A DNA stretch of 64,000 nucleotides from an uncultured Bacteroidales bacterium. Lineage in GTDB: Bacteria > Bacteroidota > Bacteroidia > Bacteroidales > P3. The position numbers and the translations under genes were made by a program. Shown piece after piece: positions 54,228 through 63,637 of the stretch (the stretch's first letter is position 1; each line of letters opens with the position of its first letter). Under the pieces are notes generated by a model that ran no database searches, had not been told where the DNA came from, and worked only from the letters and a program-made list of their open reading frames with translations. The stretch lies in NCBI GenBank assembly GCA_944321735.1, contig CALUMK010000007.1:17864-81863 (forward strand). Direction: 5' to 3'.

Positions 54228-55865
54228 TTATTTCTCGTTTTTCTTGTAGGCGTCTTCTTCTGTTTTGGTTAGCGTTCGTTTCCCATTATAACGCGCCTCC
54301 TCCTCGTTTTCATCGTAGGTGATGCTGACCTCCAACAGGCCATTGCTGTCGTATTTAAACCAGGTCCCGACGCGTCTGCCCATTCGGTAAGATCCTTCTT
54401 CAATCAATTTCCCTTCTTCGTTGAAACGCTGGTGCAAGCCGTCTTCGAGGCCTCCTGCATAGGAACCCTTGAACGATAACCGCCCCCGTTTTCCTTTGCC
54501 AGGCCAATAGGCTTTCCATACACCATCCCTTTCGCCTCCGCTATAGCTTCCTTCTACTCTTTCCCCTTCCAGGAAATATTCCCAATGTCCTTCTTCCAAT
54601 CCGTCAAGGTAAGAGCCCTTTGCTACGACTCTGCCTTCATCATCGTATTCTATGCTTGGTCCGTCCAGTTTTCCTTGGTAATACTCCTGCTCCATGCGGA
54701 TGGTTCCGTTGGGAAAATACCATGTCCAGGCTCCGTCGTATTGTCCGTTTCTGTATGCCCCTTCTTGTTCTATGCTGCCATCAGGATAGAAATATTTCCA
54801 AGTTCCTGTTTTTTCCCCTTTGTAGTACCGGCCGATGCAGCGGATTTTCCCATCAGGATAATATTCGACCCGATTGTCTTTGATGTTCCCCGATTCGTCA
54901 ACTTCGCCTGTGCTTACGATTTCCCCGTTCTTAAAAAAGAGTCCACGGACAATCTTTCCCGTGATACTGTCGTATTGATGACAAAGGCCGTCCGGTTTCC
55001 CGTTCCGGTATCCGACACGGAATTTCGGCATCCCGTTAGCGTAATATTCTGTATGGACTGTCAGTTCCGCCAATTCCGGAGCCTCTTCCTGCAATGTCCC
55101 CATTGTGTATTTTTGGATGGAAAGCAGGTTCCCCAGACTGTCGTATAGTTTGTAATACCCGTTTTTCAAATCATCCAGGTAAGTGCATTCCCAATGCGTT
55201 GTTCCGTTGTCGAAGTAGCTTTTCCATAAACCTTGCTTACGGCCTTGCCGGTCTCGTCGGTTGGCCTCTTCCCGGAATACCATCATCCCGTTCCGGAAAA
55301 AGCAGAATGAATAGGCTTCTCCGTATTGATTGTACTTTTTGTCGAAGCCGTTTTCCACGCCATTTTCAAAACATGTGGATCGCAACAGCCGCCCCAGGGT
55401 ATCGGTCTCTGTGCGGATTCCTTGCAAGGTATCGAGCCGGAAGTATTCCGATATTATGCGGTCTGGATAGAAATAACGGCTTAGACCTTCTTTGAGGTTC
55501 TCATGATAAGTGATTTGGGAGGAGATACGTCCGTTCTCGAAGAATGTCCATACGCCTTCTAATAACATGTCTTTCCTGGCGCCTTGCGATACCAATTGCC
55601 CTTGAGTCGTGTAATTTTTCCATACGCCTTCGGGTTGGCCGTTTTTCCAGTATCCTTCTGCGGAGACCTGCCCATTATCGTACCGGAATTGCTTGAATTC
55701 CGCTCCCGGGATTACCGAGTCTTGAGCTATCGGTAGATGAAATCGACTCATTCCATGCATGATACAAGGAATGGAATCTGTATCCGGATAGGGGAACGCC
55801 TTTTCCGCGCATAGCATTTCCATACAAGCAAAGAGGAGCGCGAGTAAAGGAAGGGTGTGTTTCAT
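54228..55865 (-). CDS. Secreted MORN-repeat (YwqK-like) protein
   Basis: A signal peptide is followed by ~20 repeats of the G.W..Y..NG......Y..G..(D/E)G type (e.g. GVWKNYTTQGQLVSQG, GTWKYFYPDGSIEQEGAYRNGQYDGAWTWYFPNG). Confidence 0.7.
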   Translation of the reverse strand: MKHTLPLLALLFACMEMLCAEKAFPYPDTDSIPCIMHGMSRFHLPIAQDSVIPGAEFKQFRYDNGQVSAEGYWKNGQPEGVWKNYTTQGQLVSQGARKDMLLEGVWTFFENGRISSQITYHENLKEGLSRYFYPDRIISEYFRLDTLQGIRTETDTLGRLLRSTCFENGVENGFDKKYNQYGEAYSFCFFRNGMMVFREEANRRDRQGRKQGLWKSYFDNGTTHWECTYLDDLKNGYYKLYDSLGNLLSIQKYTMGTLQEEAPELAELTVHTEYYANGMPKFRVGYRNGKPDGLCHQYDSITGKIVRGLFFKNGEIVSTGEVDESGNIKDNRVEYYPDGKIRCIGRYYKGEKTGTWKYFYPDGSIEQEGAYRNGQYDGAWTWYFPNGTIRMEQEYYQGKLDGPSIEYDDEGRVVAKGSYLDGLEEGHWEYFLEGERVEGSYSGGERDGVWKAYWPGKGKRGRLSFKGSYAGGLEDGLHQRFNEEGKLIEEGSYRMGRRVGTWFKYDSNGLLEVSITYDENEEEARYNGKRTLTKTEEDAYKKNEK

Positions 55866-55871
55866 GATTCC

Positions 55872-56789
55872 TTAGCTCAAGCGGAGCATTGCTTCGATAG
55901 GTTTCCGTGCCTGTTCGATGATTTCCGGGGAGAGCACGAGTTCCGGGGATTCGTCCCGCAAGCAGAGATACAGTTTTTCTACTGTATTCAGTTTCATGAA
56001 AGGGCAGTCGTTGCAAGGGCAGGTCTCGTCGTTCGATGCCACGAAGAATTTCTTTTGCGGGCAGAGTTTCTGCATTTGGTGCAGAATGCCTGTTTCGGTG
56101 GCTACGATATATTCCTGGCTTGAGTCTTGCACGATGAAATTAAGCATGGCTGCGGTCGAACCGATGAAATCGGAGATTTCGAGCACGGCGGCATTGCATT
56201 CCGGATGAGCGATGACTTTGGCGTGCGGTTTGGCGATTTTGAGTTTGAGGACTTTTTCTGCGTTCAGGATATCGTGAATCTGGCAGCTGCCGGGCCAAAG
56301 CTTCATGTTCCGGCCAGTCATGCGATTGATATAGCCGCCCAAGTTCTTGTCCGGAACGAATAGGATTTTTTCGTCCTTCGGGAAGCTTTCCACTATTTTC
56401 AAAGCGTTGCCCGAAGTGCAGATGATGTCGGAAATGGCTTTGACTTTGGCCGAGCAATTCACGTACGAAATCACTTTGTGGTCAGGAAACTCCCTTTTCA
56501 TTTCCGCCAGTTCCTCTGCATCGCAGGCATCGGCTAAAGAGCATCCTGCCGATATGTCCGGAAGGAGGACTTTGCGGCTTGAGTTGAGAATCTTGGCTGT
56601 CTCTGCCATGAAATGGACCCCGGCAAAAACTATGATATCCGCATTGGTCTCGACGGCTTTCCGTGCCAATGCCAAGCTGTCCCCGATAAAATCGGCCATG
56701 TCTTGGATTTCGGGTATTTGGTAATAATGGGCCAGAATGACAGCATTCTTTTCTTTTTTCAGTTTTGCGATTTCTACAGCAAAATCCAT
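55872..56789 (-). CDS. nadA: Quinolinate synthase NadA
   Basis: MDFAVEIAKLKKEKNAVILAHYYQIPEIQDMADFIGDSLALARKA..., VHFMAETAKILN, YVNCSAKVKA and HPEC are NadA motifs. Track ORF runs on to 57116 through the intergenic repeats. Alternative starts at 56852 and 56876 cannot be excluded. Confidence 0.88.
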   Translation of the reverse strand: MDFAVEIAKLKKEKNAVILAHYYQIPEIQDMADFIGDSLALARKAVETNADIIVFAGVHFMAETAKILNSSRKVLLPDISAGCSLADACDAEELAEMKREFPDHKVISYVNCSAKVKAISDIICTSGNALKIVESFPKDEKILFVPDKNLGGYINRMTGRNMKLWPGSCQIHDILNAEKVLKLKIAKPHAKVIAHPECNAAVLEISDFIGSTAAMLNFIVQDSSQEYIVATETGILHQMQKLCPQKKFFVASNDETCPCNDCPFMKLNTVEKLYLCLRDESPELVLSPEIIEQARKPIEAMLRLS

Positions 56790-56890
56790 AATTCTTAACG
56801 GTTTAAAAATCCATAGGAGCGGGAAGTCCGGTTCGAAGCCGGCATGAATCATTCTTCTTTCCGAGATATTCGTCATCGCGCATCCTTGCG

Positions 56891-57065
56891 CAAATATACG
56901 CAGAAGCCGAGAGCCATGCAAATGAGCTCGCTCTTTTTGCATGGCCGAGGCGCCACCGGATATGCGGCGAAGCCGAATATAGACAGAAGCCGAGAGCCAT
57001 GCAAATGAGCTCGCTCTTTTTGCATGGCCGAGGGCCACCGGATATGCGGCGAAGCCAAATATACC
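56891..57065. repeat. Two full tandem copies plus the start of a third (period ~83 bp) of the hairpin-plus-promoter-box intergenic repeat; same family as 14008..14140
   Basis: Units lie at 56892-56976 and 56978-57056, with a partial third at 57057-57065. The stem is GCCATGCAA/TTGCATGGC. CAAATATA boxes at 56891-56898 and 57056-57063 are the reverse complement of TATATTTG. Confidence 0.85.
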
Positions 57066-57076
57066 AAAAAAAAGCG

Positions 57077-57084
57077 TAGCTTTG
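57077..57084 (+). promoter_or_regulatory. -7 promoter box TAGCTTTG for the coiled-coil lipoprotein gene
   Basis: Exact TAnnTTTG match, 70 nt upstream of ATG 57154. Confidence 0.45.
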
Positions 57085-57153
57085 CAAAATGAACTGGTGT
57101 GTACGCCCATTTGCACCGGATTCGCGGTATTGAAAATTCAAAACAAACGGATT

Positions 57154-58146
57154 ATGGTAGTCAATCGTAACTCGGTCTTGGCAGTGGTGGCCTTGTGCGG
57201 CATACTTCTGCTGACAGCTTCATGCAAGACACCTCGGGTCAAGAGATTGGAGGCAGAAAACGCCAAGCTGCAAAGTGATATTGTCAAATCGGATTCCGTG
57301 CAGATTCAATTTATGAATGCATACGCGGAAATCGAAGCTAACCTTAACGAAATCAAGTTGAGGGAAAAGATGATTAACGAAAATAGTTTCGATGCCGAGA
57401 CGAATGCTGATATCCAGCAGCGGATTATCAACGATATTATGGAAATTGGCAATCTGATGGAGGCCAACCGCCAGAAATTGCAGGAAATGGAAGGTTTGCG
57501 TCGTCAACTTGTATCGGCTCGTACAGCTAATAGAACATTGAAAAAGGAGAATGAAATTCTCAAACAAGGCGTGGATCCCGAAGCGCAGGTGAGATTGCTG
57601 GAACTGGAAGAGGAAAACTCCCGTTTGGCTGAGTTGAACCAGAGTTTGGAGGAAACCGTTTCCCGGCTCAAGGATCAGTTGGCCGAAAGCGAGGCTCGTA
57701 TTGAAGGCCTGCAAGAAGAGCTGGCCATGTTGAAAGATGCTTACGCCGCATTGCAAGCGGTCAACGACTCCTTGCAAAAGAACGAGCGAGCCTATCTGAC
57801 CCAGATCCAGTCTCGGGACGACCGTATTTCGGAATTGACCAAAAGGTTGAGCGCCAGCCAGTCGGTATATTATGTTATGGGTACGAGCAAAACCCTCAAA
57901 AACAAGGGTATTGTTGTCAAGAATGCGGTTAATCCCAATCTTCGTCTTCAGAATTTGACAGAGATACGCGATTATACGGAATTGAATCTGATAGAGACCA
58001 AATCATCGAAGGTAGAATTAATCAGCAACCACCCGAGCAAGAGTTATAAGATCAATAGCAGGGATAAAAAGAACCTGAAGATTGAAATTGTGGATTCGCA
58101 ATCTTTCTGGAGTACCAGCAGGGTTTGCGTGATTGAAGTCAAATAA
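57154..58146 (+). CDS. Coiled-coil lipoprotein (330 aa)
   Basis: ATG 57154 gives MVVNRNSVLAVVALCGILLLTASC (lipobox). This is followed by ~230 aa of heptad-like E/L/Q/K-rich sequence. Track ORF starts upstream at 57082. Confidence 0.55.
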   Translation: MVVNRNSVLAVVALCGILLLTASCKTPRVKRLEAENAKLQSDIVKSDSVQIQFMNAYAEIEANLNEIKLREKMINENSFDAETNADIQQRIINDIMEIGNLMEANRQKLQEMEGLRRQLVSARTANRTLKKENEILKQGVDPEAQVRLLELEEENSRLAELNQSLEETVSRLKDQLAESEARIEGLQEELAMLKDAYAALQAVNDSLQKNERAYLTQIQSRDDRISELTKRLSASQSVYYVMGTSKTLKNKGIVVKNAVNPNLRLQNLTEIRDYTELNLIETKSSKVELISNHPSKSYKINSRDKKNLKIEIVDSQSFWSTSRVCVIEVK

Positions 58147-58176
58147 TGGAAATATAAACAATATAAAACATAAGAA

Positions 58177-59316
58177 ATGGATTTTAGCCTCACAAAACAA
58201 GAAACACTTTTCTTGCAGATGATCAGAGAGTTTGCGGAAAAGGAAGTGAAGCCGTTGGCAGCCGAAGTAGACGAGCAGGAAAGATTTCCTGAAGAAACGG
58301 TAGCCAAGATGGCCAAGTTGGGAATCATGGGTATCCCCATTCCTGTAGAATATGGCGGAGCCGGTTCCACCAACCAGATGTACACGATGGCCGTGGAAGA
58401 GCTTTCCCGCGTTTGCGCCACTACCGGGGTTATCGTTTCGGCTCATACTTCCTTGTGCTGCGCTCCTATTCTGGAACATGGCACGGAAGAACAGAAGCAG
58501 AAGTATCTTCCCAAGCTGGCTTCGGGCGAATGGATCGGGGCTTTCGGCCTTACCGAACCCAATGCTGGTACCGATGCGGCTTCCCAGCAGACGATGGCTG
58601 AAGAAGACGGCGACAGCTATATCTTGAATGGTACTAAAATCTTTATCACCAACGCGGCTTACGCCGATGTTTTCATCGTGGCCGCGATGACCGATAAGTC
58701 CCAGGGCGTGAAAGGTATTACCACCTTTATCGTGGAAAAGGGCATGCCCGGTTTCAGCATTGGCAAGAAGGAATTGAAGATGGGTATCCGCGGTTCGGCT
58801 ACCAGCGAATTGATTTTTGAAAACGTCCGGGTTCCGAAGGAAAACATCTTGGGCAAGCTGGGCGGCGGTTTCGCCATCGCGATGAAGACGCTCGACGGCG
58901 GTCGTATCGGTATTGCTTCCCAGGCTCTCGGTATCGCCCAAGGAGCTATGGACGAAACGGTTAAATACACCAAGGAACGCAAGCAGTTCGGCAAGCCTAT
59001 CGCCAAGTTCCAGAACACCCAGTTCCAGATGGCCGACTTGGAAACCAAGGTTCAGGCTGCCCGTCTGTTGGTTCGCAGCGCGGCCTACAAGAAGGACATG
59101 AAGCTGCCGTATTCGGCCGATGCCGCTATGGCTAAGCTGTTTGCCGCCGAAACTGCGATGGAAGTGACCACGAAAGCCGTTCAGTTCCACGGTGGTTATG
59201 GTTACACCCGTGAATATCCCGTAGAACGCATGATGCGCGATGCCAAGATTACCGAAATCTACGAAGGTACATCCGAAGTACAGCGCATGGTTATTGCCGG
59301 TAAGTTGTTTAAATAG
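58177..59316 (+). CDS. Acyl-CoA dehydrogenase (short-chain/butyryl-CoA type)
   Basis: 379 aa. Typical motifs include GAFGLTEPNAGTDA, FITNA, and GGYGYTREYPVERMMRDAKITEIYEGTSEVQRMVI, which contains the catalytic Glu region. The gene is followed by etfB-etfA. Confidence 0.92.
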   Translation: MDFSLTKQETLFLQMIREFAEKEVKPLAAEVDEQERFPEETVAKMAKLGIMGIPIPVEYGGAGSTNQMYTMAVEELSRVCATTGVIVSAHTSLCCAPILEHGTEEQKQKYLPKLASGEWIGAFGLTEPNAGTDAASQQTMAEEDGDSYILNGTKIFITNAAYADVFIVAAMTDKSQGVKGITTFIVEKGMPGFSIGKKELKMGIRGSATSELIFENVRVPKENILGKLGGGFAIAMKTLDGGRIGIASQALGIAQGAMDETVKYTKERKQFGKPIAKFQNTQFQMADLETKVQAARLLVRSAAYKKDMKLPYSADAAMAKLFAAETAMEVTTKAVQFHGGYGYTREYPVERMMRDAKITEIYEGTSEVQRMVIAGKLFK

Positions 59317-59422
59317 GAAGCTTGCAGGATTGCCGGTGTTTTCCGCTGGCAAGCTGTTGAGCAGAGGATGCTTGTCCCGGGTTCGCCCGGCAGGATCTCC
59401 AAACCATTAAAAAGAAGTAAAG

Positions 59423-60205
59423 ATGAATATAGTAGTTTGTATTAAACAAGTGCCGGATACAACCGAAATCAAGCTTGATCCGGTAAAGGGAACCCTTATC
59501 AGGGACGGTGTTCCCAGTATCATGAATCCCGATGACAAAGGGGGCTTGGAATTTGCCCTCCAGCTGAAGGATAAATACGGTGCCCATGTGACGGTTATCA
59601 CGATGGGGCCTCCGCAAGCCGACGCCATTCTGCGCGAAGCTTTCGCGATGGGAGCCGATCGTGCCATCCTGTTGACCGACCGCAAGTTTGCCGGGGCTGA
59701 TACTTTGGCTACCAGCCATGCCTTGTCGGCTGCTTTGCGCAAGATTCCGTATGATTTGATTATCACCGGCCGTCAGGCTATCGATGGGGATACCGCCCAG
59801 GTAGGTCCTGAAACCGCTGAACTGCTCGACCTGCCGCAGGTAAGCTATGTGGAAGGCGTTGAATACGATGGCCAGAAGACCTTGGAAGTCCGCAAGCAGA
59901 CCGAAGAAGGCTACCAGATTTGGGAAGTGCAGCTGCCCTGCCTTCTGACGGTTCTGGCATCGGCCAACAAGGCTCGTTACATGTCGGTACGCGGTATTGT
60001 GACCGCTTTCGACCGTGAAGTGGAAATCTGGTCTGCCGATGACGTGCAGGCGGATCCCGCCACGCTGGGTTTGAACGGTTCGCCTACCCGTGTCAAGAAA
60101 TCCTTTACCAAGGGTGCCAAGTCGGCTGGCAAGGTGTTCGAAGTGGATGCCAACGAAGCGGCCGACCTGATTATCTCGAAACTCAAAGAAAAATATATCA
60201 TCTAA
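59423..60205 (+). CDS. etfB: Electron transfer flavoprotein subunit beta
   Basis: MNIVVCIKQVPDTTEIKLDP...MNPDDKGGLEFAL...VITMGPPQA...TGRQAIDGDTAQVGP is a typical EtfB sequence. Confidence 0.92.
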   Translation: MNIVVCIKQVPDTTEIKLDPVKGTLIRDGVPSIMNPDDKGGLEFALQLKDKYGAHVTVITMGPPQADAILREAFAMGADRAILLTDRKFAGADTLATSHALSAALRKIPYDLIITGRQAIDGDTAQVGPETAELLDLPQVSYVEGVEYDGQKTLEVRKQTEEGYQIWEVQLPCLLTVLASANKARYMSVRGIVTAFDREVEIWSADDVQADPATLGLNGSPTRVKKSFTKGAKSAGKVFEVDANEAADLIISKLKEKYII

Positions 60206-60315
60206 TCGCGCCCCCCTGTCTGTCGTCTTGACGGATGGCTGGCAGAAAAGAGTTTCCGAACAGCCATGACGGATGCCGTGAACTCAAGAGGTACAAACAA
60301 TTAAAGAAGTTAAAA

Positions 60316-61329
60316 ATGGATATTTCAGCTTATAAAAATGTATTTGTCTTTGCCGAACAAAGGGAAGGCAAAGTTCAAAGTGTAGCCTTTGAATTGCTGG
60401 GGAAAGCGCGCGATTTGGCCGATGCTTTGGGTCAGGAAGTATGCGCCATCCTGCTGGGTCACAATATTGCCGGCGAAGCCAAGGAATTGATTGCCTACGG
60501 GGCTGACCGGGTTTTGATTGTGGATGACAAGGATTTGGAACTTTACACCACCGAACCTTATGCTCAGGCCATCGTTTCGATTGTGGAACAGAAGAAGCCG
60601 GGTATCATCCTGTTGGGTGCCACTACGATTGGCCGTGACCTCGGTCCTCGTGTATCGGCCCGTCTGAATACCGGTTTGACGGCCGACTGCACCAGCTTGG
60701 ACATCGAACCGGAAAGCCAGCACCTGCTGATGACCCGTCCGGCTTTCGGCGGGAACCTGATGGCCACGATTATGTGTACCGAGCATCGTCCGCAGATGAG
60801 CACCGTGCGTCCGGGCGTGATGATGACCAAGCCCAAGGACGAAAGCCGCAAGGGCGAAGTGGAAAACATCACGGTTAATTTTGACCGCTCCAAGTTCCGC
60901 GTAAAGGTGAAAGAAGTGGTCAAGGAACAGAAGAACCTGGTGGATATCACCAAGGCCCGTGTACTGGTTTCCGGCGGACGTGGCGTTGGATGCAAGGAAG
61001 GCTTTGCCGAATTGCAGAAACTGGCTGAATGCTTGGGCGGGGAAGTTTCTTCTTCCCGTGCCATGGTCGATGCCGGTGTCATGGAACACAGCCGTCAGGT
61101 TGGCCAGACAGGTAAGACCGTGCGTCCGGATATCTACTTTGCATTCGGTATTTCCGGTGCTATCCAGCACTTGGCCGGTATGGAAGGCTCCGATTTCATC
61201 GTGGCTGTCAATAAAGACAAGTATGCCCCGATTTTCGAGGTGGCCGACTTGGGTATCGTTTGCGACTTGAAGAAAGTGGTTCCGGCTTTGGTTGAAAAAC
61301 TGAAGAAGGAAGCTGCTGCAAAGAAATAA
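60316..61329 (+). CDS. etfA: Electron transfer flavoprotein subunit alpha
   Basis: ATG 60316 gives [31 protein letters not shown].... The C-terminal FAD-binding motifs are [35 protein letters not shown] and IVAVNKD. Track ORF starts at 60235. Confidence 0.92.
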   Translation: MDISAYKNVFVFAEQREGKVQSVAFELLGKARDLADALGQEVCAILLGHNIAGEAKELIAYGADRVLIVDDKDLELYTTEPYAQAIVSIVEQKKPGIILLGATTIGRDLGPRVSARLNTGLTADCTSLDIEPESQHLLMTRPAFGGNLMATIMCTEHRPQMSTVRPGVMMTKPKDESRKGEVENITVNFDRSKFRVKVKEVVKEQKNLVDITKARVLVSGGRGVGCKEGFAELQKLAECLGGEVSSSRAMVDAGVMEHSRQVGQTGKTVRPDIYFAFGISGAIQHLAGMEGSDFIVAVNKDKYAPIFEVADLGIVCDLKKVVPALVEKLKKEAAAKK

Positions 61330-61343
61330 GTTTCATGAATCGA

Positions 61344-61375
61344 TGCTGCAGTGATGCAGCACCAAGCTTTTTTTA
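61344..61375 (+). terminator. Intrinsic terminator 1 after etfA
   Basis: TGCTGCA (61344-61350), loop GTGA, TGCAGCA (61355-61361), followed by a T-run at 61368-61375. Confidence 0.6.
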
Positions 61376-61391
61376 TTAATAATTGGATTGG

Positions 61392-61419
61392 GCCCCGATG
61401 AGAATCGGGGCTTTTTTTT
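61392..61419 (+). terminator. Intrinsic terminator 2 after etfA
   Basis: GCCCCGAT (61392-61399), loop GAGA, ATCGGGGC (61404-61411), followed directly by TTTTTTTT (61412-61419). Confidence 0.85.
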
Positions 61420-61758
61420 GACACTGGAATTCGGGAAGGGATGTTTCTGAGGGGTGTCTTTTTATGGTCTTGCGGAAAGGAAAGGAGGATTTTGCTTTAT
61501 TCAAGGAGGGGTGAAAGATATTTTGGAACGTAGTTGAAAGGATTTGTAATGTGTTTTGGCAGATGTGTTTACAAATCATTGACGTATTAAAATATCGTGT
61601 CCATTCCTTTCTGCTGTGGTTGTGAAAGCGTGCGGAGGCCTTGCCTTTTTGAAAAACTTTGTAACATTACGATACCGGTTGGGACTGTGGATGTCTTGTG
61701 GGGGCGGAACCATTTCCGGTTCGGGATGTTTCCTTTGTTTGCAGGAAGAAAACCAATT

Positions 61759-63480
61759 ATGATAAGGACTATGGAAAATTGCAAATCTTTTTTGTCGAAG
61801 CTTGCTTTTTGCGTGGCTTTTTCTGCGAGCGTGGTTTCTATGCTCGGTGCGCAATCCGTTTCAACCGAGATACAGAAAAAGGCGGTACTTCTTGAAGAGT
61901 ACACGGGTATCGGCTGCGGCAATTGTCCGGCTGGGGCGACTTTGGCTGCTACAATCAAGCAAGTGGCCGGAGATGCTTTTTATATCATCTCTATCCATGA
62001 AGGTCATTATTCGGAGAATATGACGGTGGACTATCGTACCGAATGGGGAGCGGCTTTATTGGAACAGGCCGGGGATATAGGTTTTCCGCAAGGTTCTCTT
62101 AATAGGATTCCCTATGAAGGCACGACGATGAACGCCAACAGGGAATCTTGGACTAAAAGAACCAAAGCGCTTATGCAGGAAGATGCAGAAGTGAATCTTT
62201 ATATGGAAGCTTCGGTGGATGCCCAAAGCCGCGAGATGAATATAAAAGTGGAGTATTGTTATCCGGGGACGGTGACGGAGGATTTCCATTTATTGAATAT
62301 CGCCTTACTGCAAAATCATATTATCGGCCCGCAGAACGGAGGCGGCAATAATTATTCGCATGAACACATGCTTCGGGATTTGATTACCGGGCAATGGGGT
62401 GATACCTTGTCCGCACCGCAGCCAGGTCAGGTATATACCAGAGAGTTTGTTTACACCGTTCCGGAAAAGGTTGGAGAAGTCGAGGTGGATATCCGCAATA
62501 TCGAATTGGTGGCTTTCGTAACACGAACCACGGCCGATGTGTTGAATGTGACGGGAACCAAACCTCGGATTACTAATTTGGATGAACCCTTGTCTCTTTC
62601 TGTGTCGGCCATCGATTTGGATGTGGCTCGCTATGCCGGCAAGGTTTTTCCTGCCCGTGTGAGGAACTTATGCAATAATACATTGGAAGACTTGGAATAT
62701 GTGGTAGAGATTAACGGGCAGGCGCAAAACGGTCGGCTGGACGTTGTGATACCTCCTTATCAGGATGCGGTGGTTGAGTTCATGGTGGAGGATTATGAAC
62801 CCTTGACTTCGAACGGGGTCTCCATTACAGTGGTTTCTGCCAATGGGGAAAGTCTTTCATTGCCGATGCTTCAATATAAGTTTGCTGGGCCTATGCCGGT
62901 GTCTTCCAATGTTCTCTATGTTGAGTGGGAAACGGACGATTGTCCGGATGAAACCGCATTCATTGTAAAGGATTGGAATGGCAATATCGTGTATGCGCAA
63001 GGGCCTTTCGATGCCGGTTCGGGCAAGCAGGTATTGAAGGACACGGTAGTTTTGGAAAGCGATGGGATTTATTCATTGGAATTTAGCGATGCATGGTTGG
63101 ATGGCTGGCTGGAAGGCGATAAGGGTTCGTTCAAAATCAAGGCAGCGGATGGCAAGCTTTTGGGGCAGAACTATTCTGTGCAAGGTGCAGGGGCGACTGT
63201 CTTTATTGATTTGACCAAAGGGGCTGGAAATGAAAGTCGTTTGATTGGCTCGTCTTTGCGGATCCTGTCCGTTTCGGATGGAGTGCGTATCTTGAATCCG
63301 GGTATGGAGACGATAGAGCGCGTGCAGATTTTCAATATGAGCGGCATATGCTTGTATGATAAGGCCATGAATCAGCAAGGTGATGTATTTGTGCCTTTTG
63401 CGGTTCACTCAACACAGGTTGTCATTGTCAAAGTGACGGCCGATAGGAGGGTTTCTGTGGAAAAACTATTAATGAGGTAA
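61759..63480 (+). CDS. Omp28-related outer-membrane/surface protein with a T9SS-type C-terminal domain
   Basis: ATG 61759 or 61771 gives M(IRTM)ENCKSFLSKLAFCVAFSASVVSMLGAQ (signal peptide). KAVLLEEYTGIGCGNCPAG matches the Omp28-family N-terminal motif. The C-terminal tail IERVQIFNMSGICLYDKAMNQQGDVFVPFAVHSTQVVIVKVTADRRVSVEKLLMR is CTD-like. Confidence 0.6.
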   Translation: MIRTMENCKSFLSKLAFCVAFSASVVSMLGAQSVSTEIQKKAVLLEEYTGIGCGNCPAGATLAATIKQVAGDAFYIISIHEGHYSENMTVDYRTEWGAALLEQAGDIGFPQGSLNRIPYEGTTMNANRESWTKRTKALMQEDAEVNLYMEASVDAQSREMNIKVEYCYPGTVTEDFHLLNIALLQNHIIGPQNGGGNNYSHEHMLRDLITGQWGDTLSAPQPGQVYTREFVYTVPEKVGEVEVDIRNIELVAFVTRTTADVLNVTGTKPRITNLDEPLSLSVSAIDLDVARYAGKVFPARVRNLCNNTLEDLEYVVEINGQAQNGRLDVVIPPYQDAVVEFMVEDYEPLTSNGVSITVVSANGESLSLPMLQYKFAGPMPVSSNVLYVEWETDDCPDETAFIVKDWNGNIVYAQGPFDAGSGKQVLKDTVVLESDGIYSLEFSDAWLDGWLEGDKGSFKIKAADGKLLGQNYSVQGAGATVFIDLTKGAGNESRLIGSSLRILSVSDGVRILNPGMETIERVQIFNMSGICLYDKAMNQQGDVFVPFAVHSTQVVIVKVTADRRVSVEKLLMR

Positions 63481-63516
63481 GTTTTCAGATTTTTGATAGG
63501 CATCATCCAAGGATGC

Positions 63517-63572
63517 GGCGTATCGGAGCCATGAGTCTGCGAGGCTAATGCTTGCGATACGCCGTTTTTTTT
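63517..63572 (+). terminator. Intrinsic terminator after the Omp28-related gene
   Basis: GGCGTATCG (63517-63525) pairs with CGATACGCC (63555-63563) and is followed by GTTTTTTTT. The loop is long (29 nt). Confidence 0.55.
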
Positions 63573-63637
63573 ATTAGGAAGGGTTCATTATCTTTGCCTG
63601 CTTTTGACAGAGAGGATGATTTGAAAGGCGAACCCCA

